Of a stretch of DNA of 64,000 nucleotides, positions 18,569 through 27,651 are shown piece after piece; within the stretch, counting starts at the first letter, position 1, and each line of letters opens with the position of its first letter. The DNA is from Candidatus Micrarchaeota archaeon. GTDB lineage: Archaea > Micrarchaeota > Micrarchaeia > Anstonellales > Bilamarchaeaceae. The translations under genes were made by a program, and so were the position numbers. The stretch covers positions 29,394-93,393 of the forward strand of contig JBFMEZ010000029.1 of NCBI GenBank assembly GCA_040753215.1, written 5' to 3'. The notes below the pieces were generated by a model, which made no database searches, had not been told where the DNA came from, and saw nothing but the letters and a program-made list of their open reading frames with translations.

Positions 18569-19323
18569 TTATGGGAAAGAAACTCAAGCAGCAGAAGAGG
18601 GGGAAGGGCTCCCCGAGGTACCTCGCCCCCGGCAACAGGTACAAGGCGGACCTCCTCTACCGCGATTACGACGATGTGGAGAAGACCAGCGTCCTGAAGG
18701 GCCAGGTGATGGAATTCGTTGACGACCCTTCCCGCGGCGCCCTGCTCATGCACGTAAGGTACGACAACGGGGAAGACGGCTTCCTGCTCGCCCCGGAGGG
18801 AATCTGCCTCCACGACGGCGTGGAGATAGGCGCGCAGGCATCCCTTGCCATAGGGAACGTCCTCCCGCTCTACCGCATACCCGACGGCTCATACGTATTC
18901 AACATAGAGCTCAGCCCCGGGGACGGCGGAAAGCTCGTCCGCACGCCCGGCTCCTACGCGGTCCTCGTTTCAAAGGAGGGCCCCCGCGCCTTCGTGAAGC
19001 TCCCGTCCAGGAAAGTGGTCGCCCTCTCCTCCGATTCCCGCGCCCAGGTCGGCGTGGTCTCCGGCGGGGGCCGCTCCGAGAAGCCCATGCTGAGGGCAGG
19101 CGTCCAGTATTACAAGAAAAAGGCGCAGAACCGGCTCTGGCCCGTGCCCAGGGGCGTGCACCAGTCGGCTTACAACCACCCGCACGGCGGGAAGCAGCAC
19201 CACGAGGGCAAGCCCACCACCGTTTCGAGGGGTGCGCCGCCCGGAAGCAAGGTGGGGCACATCGCAGCCCGCATGACGGGAAGGAAGAAGGCCAGGAAGG
19301 CAGAAGAAACGGGTGAATCATAA
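18565..19323 (+). CDS. rpl2: ribosomal protein uL2
   Basis: 252 aa; GTG 18565 or ATG 18571. Confidence 0.9.
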   Translation: MIMGKKLKQQKRGKGSPRYLAPGNRYKADLLYRDYDDVEKTSVLKGQVMEFVDDPSRGALLMHVRYDNGEDGFLLAPEGICLHDGVEIGAQASLAIGNVLPLYRIPDGSYVFNIELSPGDGGKLVRTPGSYAVLVSKEGPRAFVKLPSRKVVALSSDSRAQVGVVSGGGRSEKPMLRAGVQYYKKKAQNRLWPVPRGVHQSAYNHPHGGKQHHEGKPTTVSRGAPPGSKVGHIAARMTGRKKARKAEETGES

Positions 19324-19724
19324 TGGCAAGAAAGGAACTATTCCGGGGCTATGAGGAAGAGCAGATGCGCGACATGGCTGTGGAGAATTTCCTCCCGCTG
19401 CTCACCTCCCGCGAGAGGAGGACCTTGAAGCGGATAAACCAGAACCCCGCGTACAAGAAGCTGGTGGACAAGGTGAGGAAGCTGAAGAAGGAGGGGAAGC
19501 TTTCAAAGCCGGTAAAGACCCAGGTCCGCGAAGCGGTCATCCTCCCTGAATGGCTCGGCCTCCGCTTCGCAGTCCATAACGGGAAGGAATACAAGCCCGT
19601 CCAGATCACGCTCCACTCCCTCGGGAAGAGGCTCGGCGATTTCGCCCACTCCTCTTACAGGGTGCTGCACTCCGGGCCCGGGGTGGGAGCCACGAGGGGA
19701 AGCAAATTCGTGCCGCTGAAGTGA
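19323..19724 (+). CDS. rps19: ribosomal protein uS19
   Basis: 133 aa. Confidence 0.9.
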   Translation: MARKELFRGYEEEQMRDMAVENFLPLLTSRERRTLKRINQNPAYKKLVDKVRKLKKEGKLSKPVKTQVREAVILPEWLGLRFAVHNGKEYKPVQITLHSLGKRLGDFAHSSYRVLHSGPGVGATRGSKFVPLK

Positions 19725-20410
19725 TGGATATGTATTCGTATGTCATAGAGAAAGGGAAGGAGGGCGATTTCGCCCGTGCCCGCGTGGAAGGGGCAGACGT
19801 ATCAGTAAAAGACCTGGTTGAGGTGTGCGGCAGCATACGCCGCAGGCCCGCGGGCCAGGCCCTCCGCTTCCTGGAGGAAGCCGCGGAAGGAAGGCGGCCC
19901 GTCCTCTTCCGCTCCAGCAACAAGCGGCTCGGCCACAGGCGCGAGCTCGGCGGGAAGAAGGGCAGGTACCCGCGGAAGCCCGCCCGCATACTCCTCGGCG
20001 CGCTCCGCAGCGCCCTCGCCAACGCGCAGCAGAAAGGGCTCAGCGAGGAGCTGGTAGTCGCGCACGTGTGCGCAAACAAGAAGCTCTCTTACATGCGCTA
20101 TTCTCCGAAGGGGAGGCGCAACGTCTCCAAGCTCGTAACCGCGCGCGTCGAGATAGTCCTTAAGGAAAAGGAGGGCGCGAAGAGGCCGAAGAAGGAAGCC
20201 GCGAAAGCCCCTGCAAAGGGGGAGAAGCCCGAAGCGCCCAAAGAGGCACTGAAGAAGGAAGAGGCAAAGAAGGAGCAGGAAGCGCTTAAGGCGGAGGTAA
20301 AAGCCGAGGATGCCGAGCTCGAGGAGAAGCGGGAGGAGAAGGCCGCAAGGCACCCCAGGGAGGAGAAATCCCTGCCCGGGAGAGGGGCCCCGCAGCAGCA
20401 GAGGAAGTGA
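19721..20410 (+). CDS. rpl22: ribosomal protein uL22 with ~90-aa Lys/Glu/Ala-rich C-terminal extension
   Basis: 229 aa; conserved L22 core then KEAAKAPAKGEKPEAPKEALKKEEAKKEQE.. tail. Confidence 0.85.
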   Translation: MMDMYSYVIEKGKEGDFARARVEGADVSVKDLVEVCGSIRRRPAGQALRFLEEAAEGRRPVLFRSSNKRLGHRRELGGKKGRYPRKPARILLGALRSALANAQQKGLSEELVVAHVCANKKLSYMRYSPKGRRNVSKLVTARVEIVLKEKEGAKRPKKEAAKAPAKGEKPEAPKEALKKEEAKKEQEALKAEVKAEDAELEEKREEKAARHPREEKSLPGRGAPQQQRK

Positions 20411-20414
20411 TGAG

Positions 20415-21044
20415 ATGGTGATAGAGAAGAAGTTCATAGATTCCCCGATTGAGAAATACCGGGTGATGAAGTTCCTGGAGAAGGAGCTGGACAAGGCGGG
20501 AGTCGCCAACATAGATATCCAGCGCACGCCCATCGTCACGCGCATCTCGATAGAGGTCCTGAACCCCGGAAGGGTGATCGGCCGCAAGGGAAAGACCATC
20601 AACACCCTCACCGAAACCCTCAGGACGAAATTCGGTCTCGAGAACCCGCAGATAAGCGTCGTGGAATCCAAGAACCCGGCGCTCGAGCCCCGCCTCGTCG
20701 CCAAGAAGGCTGCGAAATACATAGAGATGGGCAAGAAGGTGCGCGCGGTGCTCCACTTCCTCATCCACGACACAATCCGCAACGGCGCGGTCGGGGCGGA
20801 GATAGTGGCGGCAGGCAAGATAGGCGCAAAGGGCGCGCGTGCAAAATCCCTCCGCGTGGCGGTCGGCTACATACCCAAGTCCGGCGAGCCGGCAAAGCTC
20901 GTGAGGGAGGCGCACGTGGCGGCAAACACGAAATCCGGAATCATCGGCGTCCTGGTGAGGATTGCGCCGCCCGGGACGGTCTTCCCCGACAAGGGCGCGC
21001 CCACCGAAGTGGTCCTTCCCAAGACGCTTGCAAAAGCGAAGTGA
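20415..21044 (+). CDS. rps3: ribosomal protein uS3
   Basis: KH-domain S3, start MVIEKKFIDSP after L22 stop. Confidence 0.9.
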   Translation: MVIEKKFIDSPIEKYRVMKFLEKELDKAGVANIDIQRTPIVTRISIEVLNPGRVIGRKGKTINTLTETLRTKFGLENPQISVVESKNPALEPRLVAKKAAKYIEMGKKVRAVLHFLIHDTIRNGAVGAEIVAAGKIGAKGARAKSLRVAVGYIPKSGEPAKLVREAHVAANTKSGIIGVLVRIAPPGTVFPDKGAPTEVVLPKTLAKAK

Positions 21045-21182
21045 TGCTCATGGCAATCGCAAGAAAAAACGCGGGGGAAGCGTCCCCCCCATTTTCCTCC
21101 ACCTTTCTGACCCCCCTCCACTTCGCTTTGAGGCGCTTTGAACGCGCTCCTTACGCAAGGGGCAACACAGGGGTGAACTGAA
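21045..21182 (+). repeat. 5'-end-associated hairpin element, copy B, with 12-nt decoy of rpl29 start (ATGGCAATCGCA); 43-codon read-through ORF 21050-21181
   Basis: AAAAAACGCGGGGGAAGCGTCCCCCCCATTTT core identical to copy A; ends GGGGTGAACTGAA-ATG (new RBS for rpl29). Confidence 0.65.
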
Positions 21183-21437
21183 ATGGCAATCGCACGCATA
21201 AACGATTTGAGGGCGCTTGCGCCCGAAGAGCTTGCGAAGAGGCTCGAGACATACGGGCGCGAGATGCTCGAGGCGGGGGAGAACCCCAAGAAGGGGAAGA
21301 ACCTCCGGAAGGCGATCGCCCGCATAAAGACCGTACTCAGCGAGGGCAAAATTGCCCCGGGGAAGGCGGCCGCAGGCACACAGAAGCCGCCATCCGTAAA
21401 AGAAGCAAAACAGAAGAAGGTGAGAAAAGTTGCCTGA
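21183..21437 (+). CDS. rpl29: ribosomal protein uL29
   Basis: 84 aa. Confidence 0.85.
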   Translation: MAIARINDLRALAPEELAKRLETYGREMLEAGENPKKGKNLRKAIARIKTVLSEGKIAPGKAAAGTQKPPSVKEAKQKKVRKVA

Positions 21438-21735
21438 GATATGCAAGAAATGCGGAATGATCAAGGACCTCTGCGTTTGCGAGATCCTTGACAAGGAAAA
21501 AGCGACGAAGATAAGGGTGTACACGACAAAGGCGAAGTTCCAGAAGCTCGTCACCATTGTGGAAGGGATAGACCGCAAGAATGTCGACGATGCCGCGAAG
21601 GAGCTGAAGCACGCCCTCGCGTGCGGCGGGACCGCAAAGGACGGGCAGGTGGTGCTCCAGGGGGACCACAAGAAAAAGATAAAGGCCGTCCTCGTGAAGC
21701 TCGGATACTCCCCCGAAGGAATAGAGGTTGAATGA
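21430..21735 (+). CDS. sui1: translation initiation factor SUI1 (aIF1)
   Basis: 101 aa, CxxC..CxC N-terminus and SUI1 fold motifs. Confidence 0.8.
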   Translation: MPEICKKCGMIKDLCVCEILDKEKATKIRVYTTKAKFQKLVTIVEGIDRKNVDDAAKELKHALACGGTAKDGQVVLQGDHKKKIKAVLVKLGYSPEGIEVE

Positions 21736-21746
21736 AGGTGGTTTGA

Positions 21747-22046
21747 TTGGCAGAATGCACGGACAGGAATTGCCATGTTCACGGAACGCTTGCGGTGCGT
21801 GGCGCCCGCCTCACCGGCAGGGTCGTCAGCGACAAGGGCAAGCGCACCGTAATCGTGGAGAGGGACATAACGAAGAAAATCACCAAATACAAGAGGTGGG
21901 CGCGGGGAAGGTCCCGGATACCGGCGCACAACCCTGACTGCATAGGCGCAAGGAAGGGCGACATGGTCCGCATAGGGGAGTCCCGCAAGATAAGCCGCAC
22001 CAAGGCATGGGCGGTCCTTGAGGTCCTGAAGGGTGAGGAGAAATGA
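21747..22046 (+). CDS. rps17: ribosomal protein uS17 (TTG start)
   Basis: ..NCHVHGTLAVRG.. ; only in-frame start after upstream stop is TTG 21747, preceded by GAAGGTGG. Confidence 0.8.
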   Translation: MAECTDRNCHVHGTLAVRGARLTGRVVSDKGKRTVIVERDITKKITKYKRWARGRSRIPAHNPDCIGARKGDMVRIGESRKISRTKAWAVLEVLKGEEK

Positions 22047-22095
22047 TGGCAAAATTCTGCGGAATTTTGACAGAATTTTCACCAGAGGTGAAAAT

Positions 22096-22494
22096 ATGAA
22101 GGCGCTCGCTGCAAACGTAACAAGGGGGCTCAGCATCGGCACGAGGCTCCTCTGCCACGACAACAGCGGCGCGCGGGAGCTCCAGATAATCGGCGTGCTG
22201 CGCGCCGGCTCGGTGCGCGGCAGGGTTCCTTCCGCTGGCGTGGGCAGCGTGGTAATCGCCGCCGTGAAGAAGGGCAACCCCGACATGGTGAAGAAGGTGG
22301 TGCGCGCGCTCATAATCAGGCAGAAGAAGGAATTCCGCAGGCCGAGCGGGCTGCGCGTCTCGTTCGAGGACAACGCCGCCGTCCTCATCACCGAGGAAGG
22401 CCTCCCGGTCGGCACCGAGATAAAGGGGGTGGTGGCCAAGGAGGTCGCGGAGCGGTTTTCCAAGGTGGCGGCAATCGCCCCCGGCGTAATCTGA
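22096..22494 (+). CDS. rpl14: ribosomal protein uL14
   Basis: start MKALAANVTRGL within ORF 22033-22494. Confidence 0.9.
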   Translation: MKALAANVTRGLSIGTRLLCHDNSGARELQIIGVLRAGSVRGRVPSAGVGSVVIAAVKKGNPDMVKKVVRALIIRQKKEFRRPSGLRVSFEDNAAVLITEEGLPVGTEIKGVVAKEVAERFSKVAAIAPGVI

Positions 22495-22497
22495 GGG

Positions 22498-22845
22498 ATG
22501 CTTATGAAGAGAAGAAGGGAGAGGAGAAAGGCTTTCCGCGGGATGCTGCACAGGAGGAAGCTCCGTGTGCACCTTTCCGGGGAGCTGAAGGGAAAGCTCG
22601 GCACCGGCATGCGCTCCCTGCTCGTGAACAAGGGAGACACCGTGAAGGTGATGCGCGGCGGCAGCAAGGGAAAGGCCGCCAGGGTCGCCCGCGTCAGCGT
22701 CCTGAAGAGGAAGGTTTACCTCGAGGGGCTGACCGTGCGCAACCGCAGGGGGGTGGAATCCCTCATCCCCTTCGACCCGTCCAACCTCATGCTCACGGAG
22801 CTGAAGGAATCGGCATACAGGAAAGGGCTTCTTAAAGGTGAATGA
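22498..22845 (+). CDS. rpl24: ribosomal protein uL24 (KOW)
   Basis: 115 aa. Confidence 0.85.
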   Translation: MLMKRRRERRKAFRGMLHRRKLRVHLSGELKGKLGTGMRSLLVNKGDTVKVMRGGSKGKAARVARVSVLKRKVYLEGLTVRNRRGVESLIPFDPSNLMLTELKESAYRKGLLKGE

Positions 22846-22846
22846 A

Positions 22847-23548
22847 ATGGCAAAGAGAGGAAGAAGCAACCACATGAAAAGGCTCGCGGCACCGAAGGCG
22901 ATCCCTGTCCACGACAGGAAAGCCCGCAAATGGATAGCAAGGCCCGTCCCGGGCCCGCACGGCACCTCGCACGCAATCCCGCTCTCGGTCCTGGTCAGGG
23001 ACGTGCTCGGCCTCGCGGACACCCTTTTCGAGGTGAAGAAGGTACTCAATGCGCGCAGGGTCCTTGTGGACGGCATAGCCCGCACCGAGCCGAACTACCC
23101 GGTCGGGCTCATGGATGTTGTCTCAATCCCCGACGCAAAGCTTTATTACCGCATCACAATCTCCCGCGGAAAGCTGGAGCCGCACAAGATCGATGAGAAG
23201 GATTCCCACGATAAGCTTCTGAAGGTGGTGGGCAAGCACACCGCCCCCGGCAGCAGGGCATCGGTCGTCTTCCACGACGGCCGCAGCGCGTCCGCGGACC
23301 AGCACGTAAAGGTCGGCGACTCCGTGCTCTTTTCCCTGAAGGAGAAGAAAATCCTTAAGCTACTGAAGCGCGGCATACGCGCAAAGTGCCTCATCGTCAG
23401 CGGAAAACACGCGGGCGCCGAGGCGAAGATAGAGAAATTCTTCGAGGGGAAGGAGGGCAAGCCCACCGAAGCCCTTGTGAGGGCGAAGGAAGGGGAAATC
23501 CGCACGCTTTCCAGCTACCTCTTCATAACAGGTGAGGCCAATGAGTAA
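22847..23548 (+). CDS. rps4e: ribosomal protein eS4
   Basis: MAKRGRSNHMKRLAAPK.. Confidence 0.9.
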   Translation: MAKRGRSNHMKRLAAPKAIPVHDRKARKWIARPVPGPHGTSHAIPLSVLVRDVLGLADTLFEVKKVLNARRVLVDGIARTEPNYPVGLMDVVSIPDAKLYYRITISRGKLEPHKIDEKDSHDKLLKVVGKHTAPGSRASVVFHDGRSASADQHVKVGDSVLFSLKEKKILKLLKRGIRAKCLIVSGKHAGAEAKIEKFFEGKEGKPTEALVRAKEGEIRTLSSYLFITGEANE

Positions 23549-23615
23549 GTCCCCAGTTTCCAGTCACCAGTTTCCGGAAACGGGAAACCCAAAACAGGAA
23601 ACAGAAAACCCGATG

Positions 23616-24110
23616 CGCCAGATAACGATAGAAAAGGTCACCGCGAACATAGGGATAGGCGCAAGCGGGGACCGCCTGGACAACGCGAAGGAACTCCTTT
23701 CCAAGCTCACCGGCGCAAAAGTGGTCCTCACAAAAGCCAAGAAGAGGAACCCGACCTTCAAGCTCAGGCCCGGCCTTGAGATAGGCGTGAAAACAACCCT
23801 GCGCGGCGCCAGGGCCTTCGAGTTCCTCGAGAAATCCCTCGCGGCCAGGAAGAAGACCCTGCATGCGGGCAATTTCGACCACCGCGGCAACTTCTCGTTC
23901 GGCGTGCACGAGTACATAGATTTTCCGGGCGCGAAATACGACCCGAAGATAGGCATGATGGGCTTCGACGTATGCGTCACGCTCAGGAGGCGCGGAAAGC
24001 GCGTCGGGGAAAGGCGCCTCAAGCGCTCAAAGGTCGGCAGGCACCACCTGGTCTCCAAGGAGGAGGGAATCGGGTTCGCGAGGGCCGCGCTCGGCGTGAA
24101 GGTGGAGTGA
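23616..24110 (+). CDS. rpl5: ribosomal protein uL5
   Basis: conserved start MRQITIEKV; ORF opens at 23532 but 23549-23615 contains the CCAGTTTCC/GGAAAC repeat module and is probably noncoding. Confidence 0.85.
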   Translation, partial: RQITIEKVTANIGIGASGDRLDNAKELLSKLTGAKVVLTKAKKRNPTFKLRPGLEIGVKTTLRGARAFEFLEKSLAARKKTLHAGNFDHRGNFSFGVHEYIDFPGAKYDPKIGMMGFDVCVTLRRRGKRVGERRLKRSKVGRHHLVSKEEGIGFARAALGVKVE

Positions 24111-24114
24111 TTTG

Positions 24115-24264
24115 ATGGTTTCTCTCGATCAAAAATACAAGGGAAGGCGAAAGAGGAAGTGCAGGTTCTGCGGGTCCTCCCGCGCCCTGATAAGGAAATA
24201 CGGGCTCCAGATATGCAGGAGATGCTTCCGCGAGGCGGGAGAGTCCATAGGGTTCAGGAAATAC
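24115..24264 (+). CDS. rps14: ribosomal protein uS14 (type Z, zinc-binding)
   Basis: 49 aa MVSLDQKYKGRRKRKCRFCGSSRALIRKYGLQICRRCFREAGESIGFRKY; below 60-aa ORF cutoff. Confidence 0.85.
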
Positions 24265-24276
24265 TGAGGTGTATGA

Positions 24277-24663
24277 ATGTCAATAGACCTTTTGGCAGAT
24301 GCGCTCAACACGCTGAAAACCCACGAGATCAAGGGCGAGGAAAGGTGCGAGGTGCGCGCTTCCAGGACAGTCTCCGAGGTGTTCCGCATCCTCCGGGAAA
24401 AGGGCTACATCGCGTCCTACGAGTTCATAGACGACGGGAAGGGCGGCTATTTCGACGTGAAGCTCTCGGGCACGATAAACGACTGCGGCGTGATAAAGCC
24501 CCGCTTCCCGGTCAAGAAGAGCGAATGGGCGAAGCTTGAGGAGAGGTACATCCCCGGGGTGGGCGTAGGCCTGCTCGTGGTCTCCACGCCCCAGGGAATA
24601 ATGACCAACACGGACGCCCAGGAGAGGCAGATAGGCGGAAGGCTGCTTGCCTTCGTATATTAG
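24277..24663 (+). CDS. rps8: ribosomal protein uS8
   Basis: 128 aa. Confidence 0.9.
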   Translation: MSIDLLADALNTLKTHEIKGEERCEVRASRTVSEVFRILREKGYIASYEFIDDGKGGYFDVKLSGTINDCGVIKPRFPVKKSEWAKLEERYIPGVGVGLLVVSTPQGIMTNTDAQERQIGGRLLAFVY

Positions 24664-25170
24664 GTGCTGGCCATGATTGAGTTGCAAATCCCGGAAGGAG
24701 TGCAGTTCTCCGTTGAGGGCGGGCTTGCCAGGGCAAAGGGGAAGATGGGCGAGGTCGAGAGGGAATTCCGCGGCTCCCCGGTATCCATAGTGCACGAGGG
24801 GAAGGCGGTGAAGGTCTCTTCGCAGGACAGTGCGGTTGAGGGAACGGTCGCCTCCCACATAAGTAACATGTTCCACGGGGTGCTCAGCGGGTTCGAGAAG
24901 AGGATGGTCATCCGCTTTGCGCACTTCCCCGTCAGCGTGGAAACGAAGGGCCAGGACCTCCTCATAAAAAATTTCCTCGGCGAGAAGAAGCCCCGCAGGG
25001 CGAAGCTCGTCGGGAAGGTGAAGGTCGAGGTGAAGGGCCAGGACATGAGGATAACCGGCCCGGACAAGGAGGCAGTAGGCCAGTCCGCGGCGAACATACG
25101 CACCGCCACGCGCATACGCGAGAAGGACGGCCGCGTCTTCCAGGACGGCATATTCATGGCAGGTGAATAA
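24664..25170 (+). CDS. rpl6: ribosomal protein uL6
   Basis: 168 aa. Confidence 0.9.
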   Translation: MLAMIELQIPEGVQFSVEGGLARAKGKMGEVEREFRGSPVSIVHEGKAVKVSSQDSAVEGTVASHISNMFHGVLSGFEKRMVIRFAHFPVSVETKGQDLLIKNFLGEKKPRRAKLVGKVKVEVKGQDMRITGPDKEAVGQSAANIRTATRIREKDGRVFQDGIFMAGE

Positions 25171-25525
25171 AATGGCATCCAAAAAGTCCAAACCATATTT
25201 CAATATTCCCAATTACCGTGGAAAGCACGGGAAGAGGAGGGTAAAGGCAAGATGGAGGAGCCCCAAGGGCATCGACAACAAGAAAAGGATACGCAAGGCG
25301 TCCTACGGCGCGCTACCGCGCGTGGGCTACGGCAACCCGCCCGCCCTCAGGCATCTGCACCCCTGCGGCCTTCCCGAGGCCCTCGTCCACAACCTGGGCG
25401 AGCTTGAGGCCGCAAAGGGAAAAATCGCCCGCCTCTCCTCCACGCTCGGCAGGAGGAAGAGGCTGCTGCTCCAGCAGAAGGCAAAGGAGCTCGGAATATC
25501 CCTCCTTGGGAGGGTGGTCAAATGA
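25163..25525 (+). CDS. rpl32e: ribosomal protein eL32
   Basis: 120 aa. Confidence 0.85.
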   Translation: MNKMASKKSKPYFNIPNYRGKHGKRRVKARWRSPKGIDNKKRIRKASYGALPRVGYGNPPALRHLHPCGLPEALVHNLGELEAAKGKIARLSSTLGRRKRLLLQQKAKELGISLLGRVVK

Positions 25526-25959
25526 GCGCAACTACCGTAAAAAGGCTTGCATCGGACATCCTGGGCGCAGGCATCAGCAGGATAAGGCTGCAGAAGGAGA
25601 GCCTCTCCAGGGTTGAGGAGGCGCTGACACGCGCGGACGTGCGCAACCTCATAGACGAGGGCATAGTCTATGCGCTGCCCGAGAGGGCCGGCCACCGCAC
25701 GAGGGAGCGCCCCAAGAGCAGGCACGGCAGCCGCAAGGGGAGGAAGAAGGCGCGCGAGGGCGGAAAATCCGCCTGGATGGGCAGGGTGCGCGCCCAGCGC
25801 AGGTACCTCCGCGAGCTTCTCGGGAGCGGCGAGCTTCCGCGCCCGCACAAGCGCGCCGTCTATTCCAAGATAAAGGGCGGCGCGTTCAGGGGTAAGGCAG
25901 CAATGCGCGCCTACCTCATTGAGAACAAGATGCTGAAAGAGAAGGAAAAGGTGAAATGA
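25522..25959 (+). CDS. rpl19e: ribosomal protein eL19
   Basis: 145 aa. Confidence 0.85.
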   Translation: MSATTVKRLASDILGAGISRIRLQKESLSRVEEALTRADVRNLIDEGIVYALPERAGHRTRERPKSRHGSRKGRKKAREGGKSAWMGRVRAQRRYLRELLGSGELPRPHKRAVYSKIKGGAFRGKAAMRAYLIENKMLKEKEKVK

Positions 25960-26537
25960 TGGCAAGAGCAAAAGGGCCCAGTTACGAATCCGCCTTCCGG
26001 AGAAGGCGCGAGAACAGGACAAACTTCGCAAAGAGGCTCGCGCTGGTGAAGGGCGGCCTTACCCGCATGGTCGTGAGGAAGGGAAGCACCTCGCTGGTCA
26101 TCCAGTTCGTGGAATACACGCCATCCGGCGACAGGGTGCTCGCAGGCATAAGCTCCTCCGCGCTGAAGAAGTTCGGCTGGGCGCCGCGCGCGAACGTCCC
26201 CACCGCTTACCTCGCCGGGCTCCACGCGGGAAGGCTCGCAGGAAAGAAGGGGATAAAGGAGTTCGTGCTGGACATGGGGCTCGGCGCCCCCGTGAGGAAT
26301 TCAATCCCGTTCGCCGCCCAGAAGGGCGCAATCGATTCCGGGCTCTCCAGCCCCCACGGCGAGGGGCTTGCGGAGGAAGCCCGCCTGTCCGGCGCACATA
26401 TAGAAGAATACGCAAAATCGCTTTCAGATGCGGAATACAAGAGGGTGTTCTCCAGCTACCTGAAGGAGGGCTTCGGGCCCAGGGAATTCGTTTCCCGCTT
26501 CAGGGCGGCAAAGGACGCGATCCTCGGGGAGGCATGA
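25956..26537 (+). CDS. rpl18: ribosomal protein uL18
   Basis: 193 aa. Confidence 0.9.
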   Translation: MMARAKGPSYESAFRRRRENRTNFAKRLALVKGGLTRMVVRKGSTSLVIQFVEYTPSGDRVLAGISSSALKKFGWAPRANVPTAYLAGLHAGRLAGKKGIKEFVLDMGLGAPVRNSIPFAAQKGAIDSGLSSPHGEGLAEEARLSGAHIEEYAKSLSDAEYKRVFSSYLKEGFGPREFVSRFRAAKDAILGEA

Positions 26538-26541
26538 TATT

Positions 26542-27210
26542 ATGGCAAAAGGAAGAAGGGGCGGCCCGCATAGGAAAGAGGAAGTCGAGCTGCTTGACAC
26601 GGCGTCCTGGTCCCCACGCACGGGGCTGGGCAGGAAGGTGAAGGGCGGCGAGGTCTCCAGCATAGACCAGATACTTGACGAGGGGCTCGCGATACTCGAG
26701 CCGGAGATAGTGGATTCCCTCGTTCCGGAGCTGGAGGCGGACACGCTTTCCATAAGCCCCACCCAGCGGACGACCGACTCCGGCCGCAAGATGCAGTTCC
26801 GCGCGGTGGTGGTCCTCGGCGACCGCAAGGGCCACGTAGGCGTGGGCGTGGGCAAATCCGAGGAGGTGAAGCCCGCCCTGGACTATGCGATGAAGGATGC
26901 GCGCAAGCACATGATACACCTGAAGCTCGGGTGCGGAAGCTGGGAATGCAAGTGCGGCCAGCCCCACTCCATCCCCCAGAAGCTGGAGGGGAAATACGGC
27001 AGCACCATCATAACGCTGAAGCCGGCGCCCAAGGGCCTCGGCCTCGCGGCGAGCGACGTGGTCAAGAAGGTCCTCGGGATCGCGGGCCTCAGGGACGCCT
27101 GGAGCTCCGCGGAGGGCTCCACTTCCAATGTTTACAACACCGCCATGGCCACGGTGTCCGCGCTCGACTCCATAAACAGGAAGAAGCCAAAGCCAGGTGA
27201 GGTACAATGA
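26542..27210 (+). CDS. rps5: ribosomal protein uS5
   Basis: 222 aa. Confidence 0.9.
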   Translation: MAKGRRGGPHRKEEVELLDTASWSPRTGLGRKVKGGEVSSIDQILDEGLAILEPEIVDSLVPELEADTLSISPTQRTTDSGRKMQFRAVVVLGDRKGHVGVGVGKSEEVKPALDYAMKDARKHMIHLKLGCGSWECKCGQPHSIPQKLEGKYGSTIITLKPAPKGLGLAASDVVKKVLGIAGLRDAWSSAEGSTSNVYNTAMATVSALDSINRKKPKPGEVQ

Positions 27211-27641
27211 CCCTTGCGATAATAAGGATAAGGGGGAGGCGCAACCTTTCCCCGAAGATAAGGAAGACGCTCGAGATGCTCAGCCTGCACCGCACGAACC
27301 AGTGCGTGCTGATGGAAGACACGCCCGCCCTGCGCGGGATGCTCCAGGTCTGCAAGGACTATGCCGCCTTCGGCCCGGTTTCCGGGCCCACCGTAATCTC
27401 CCTCATGAAGAAGAGGGGCGAGAAGGGCGGCAGGATGCTCTCCGAGATAATGGAGGCTGAGGAGATAGAGCAGGCCGCGGGCAAGGTGATGCACGGCGAG
27501 AGGGTGGACAATTTCGCCGACCGCGTCTTCCGCCTGCACCCGCCGCGCAAGGGCTTCAGGGACATAAAGAAGCCAGCCAGCGCAGGCGGTGACCTGGGCT
27601 GGCGCGACGACATGGATGCTCTCGTGAAGAGGATGATGTGA
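27207..27641 (+). CDS. rpl30: ribosomal protein uL30
   Basis: 144 aa. Confidence 0.9.
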   Translation: MTLAIIRIRGRRNLSPKIRKTLEMLSLHRTNQCVLMEDTPALRGMLQVCKDYAAFGPVSGPTVISLMKKRGEKGGRMLSEIMEAEEIEQAAGKVMHGERVDNFADRVFRLHPPRKGFRDIKKPASAGGDLGWRDDMDALVKRMM

Positions 27642-27651
27642 AGGTGCTCAT

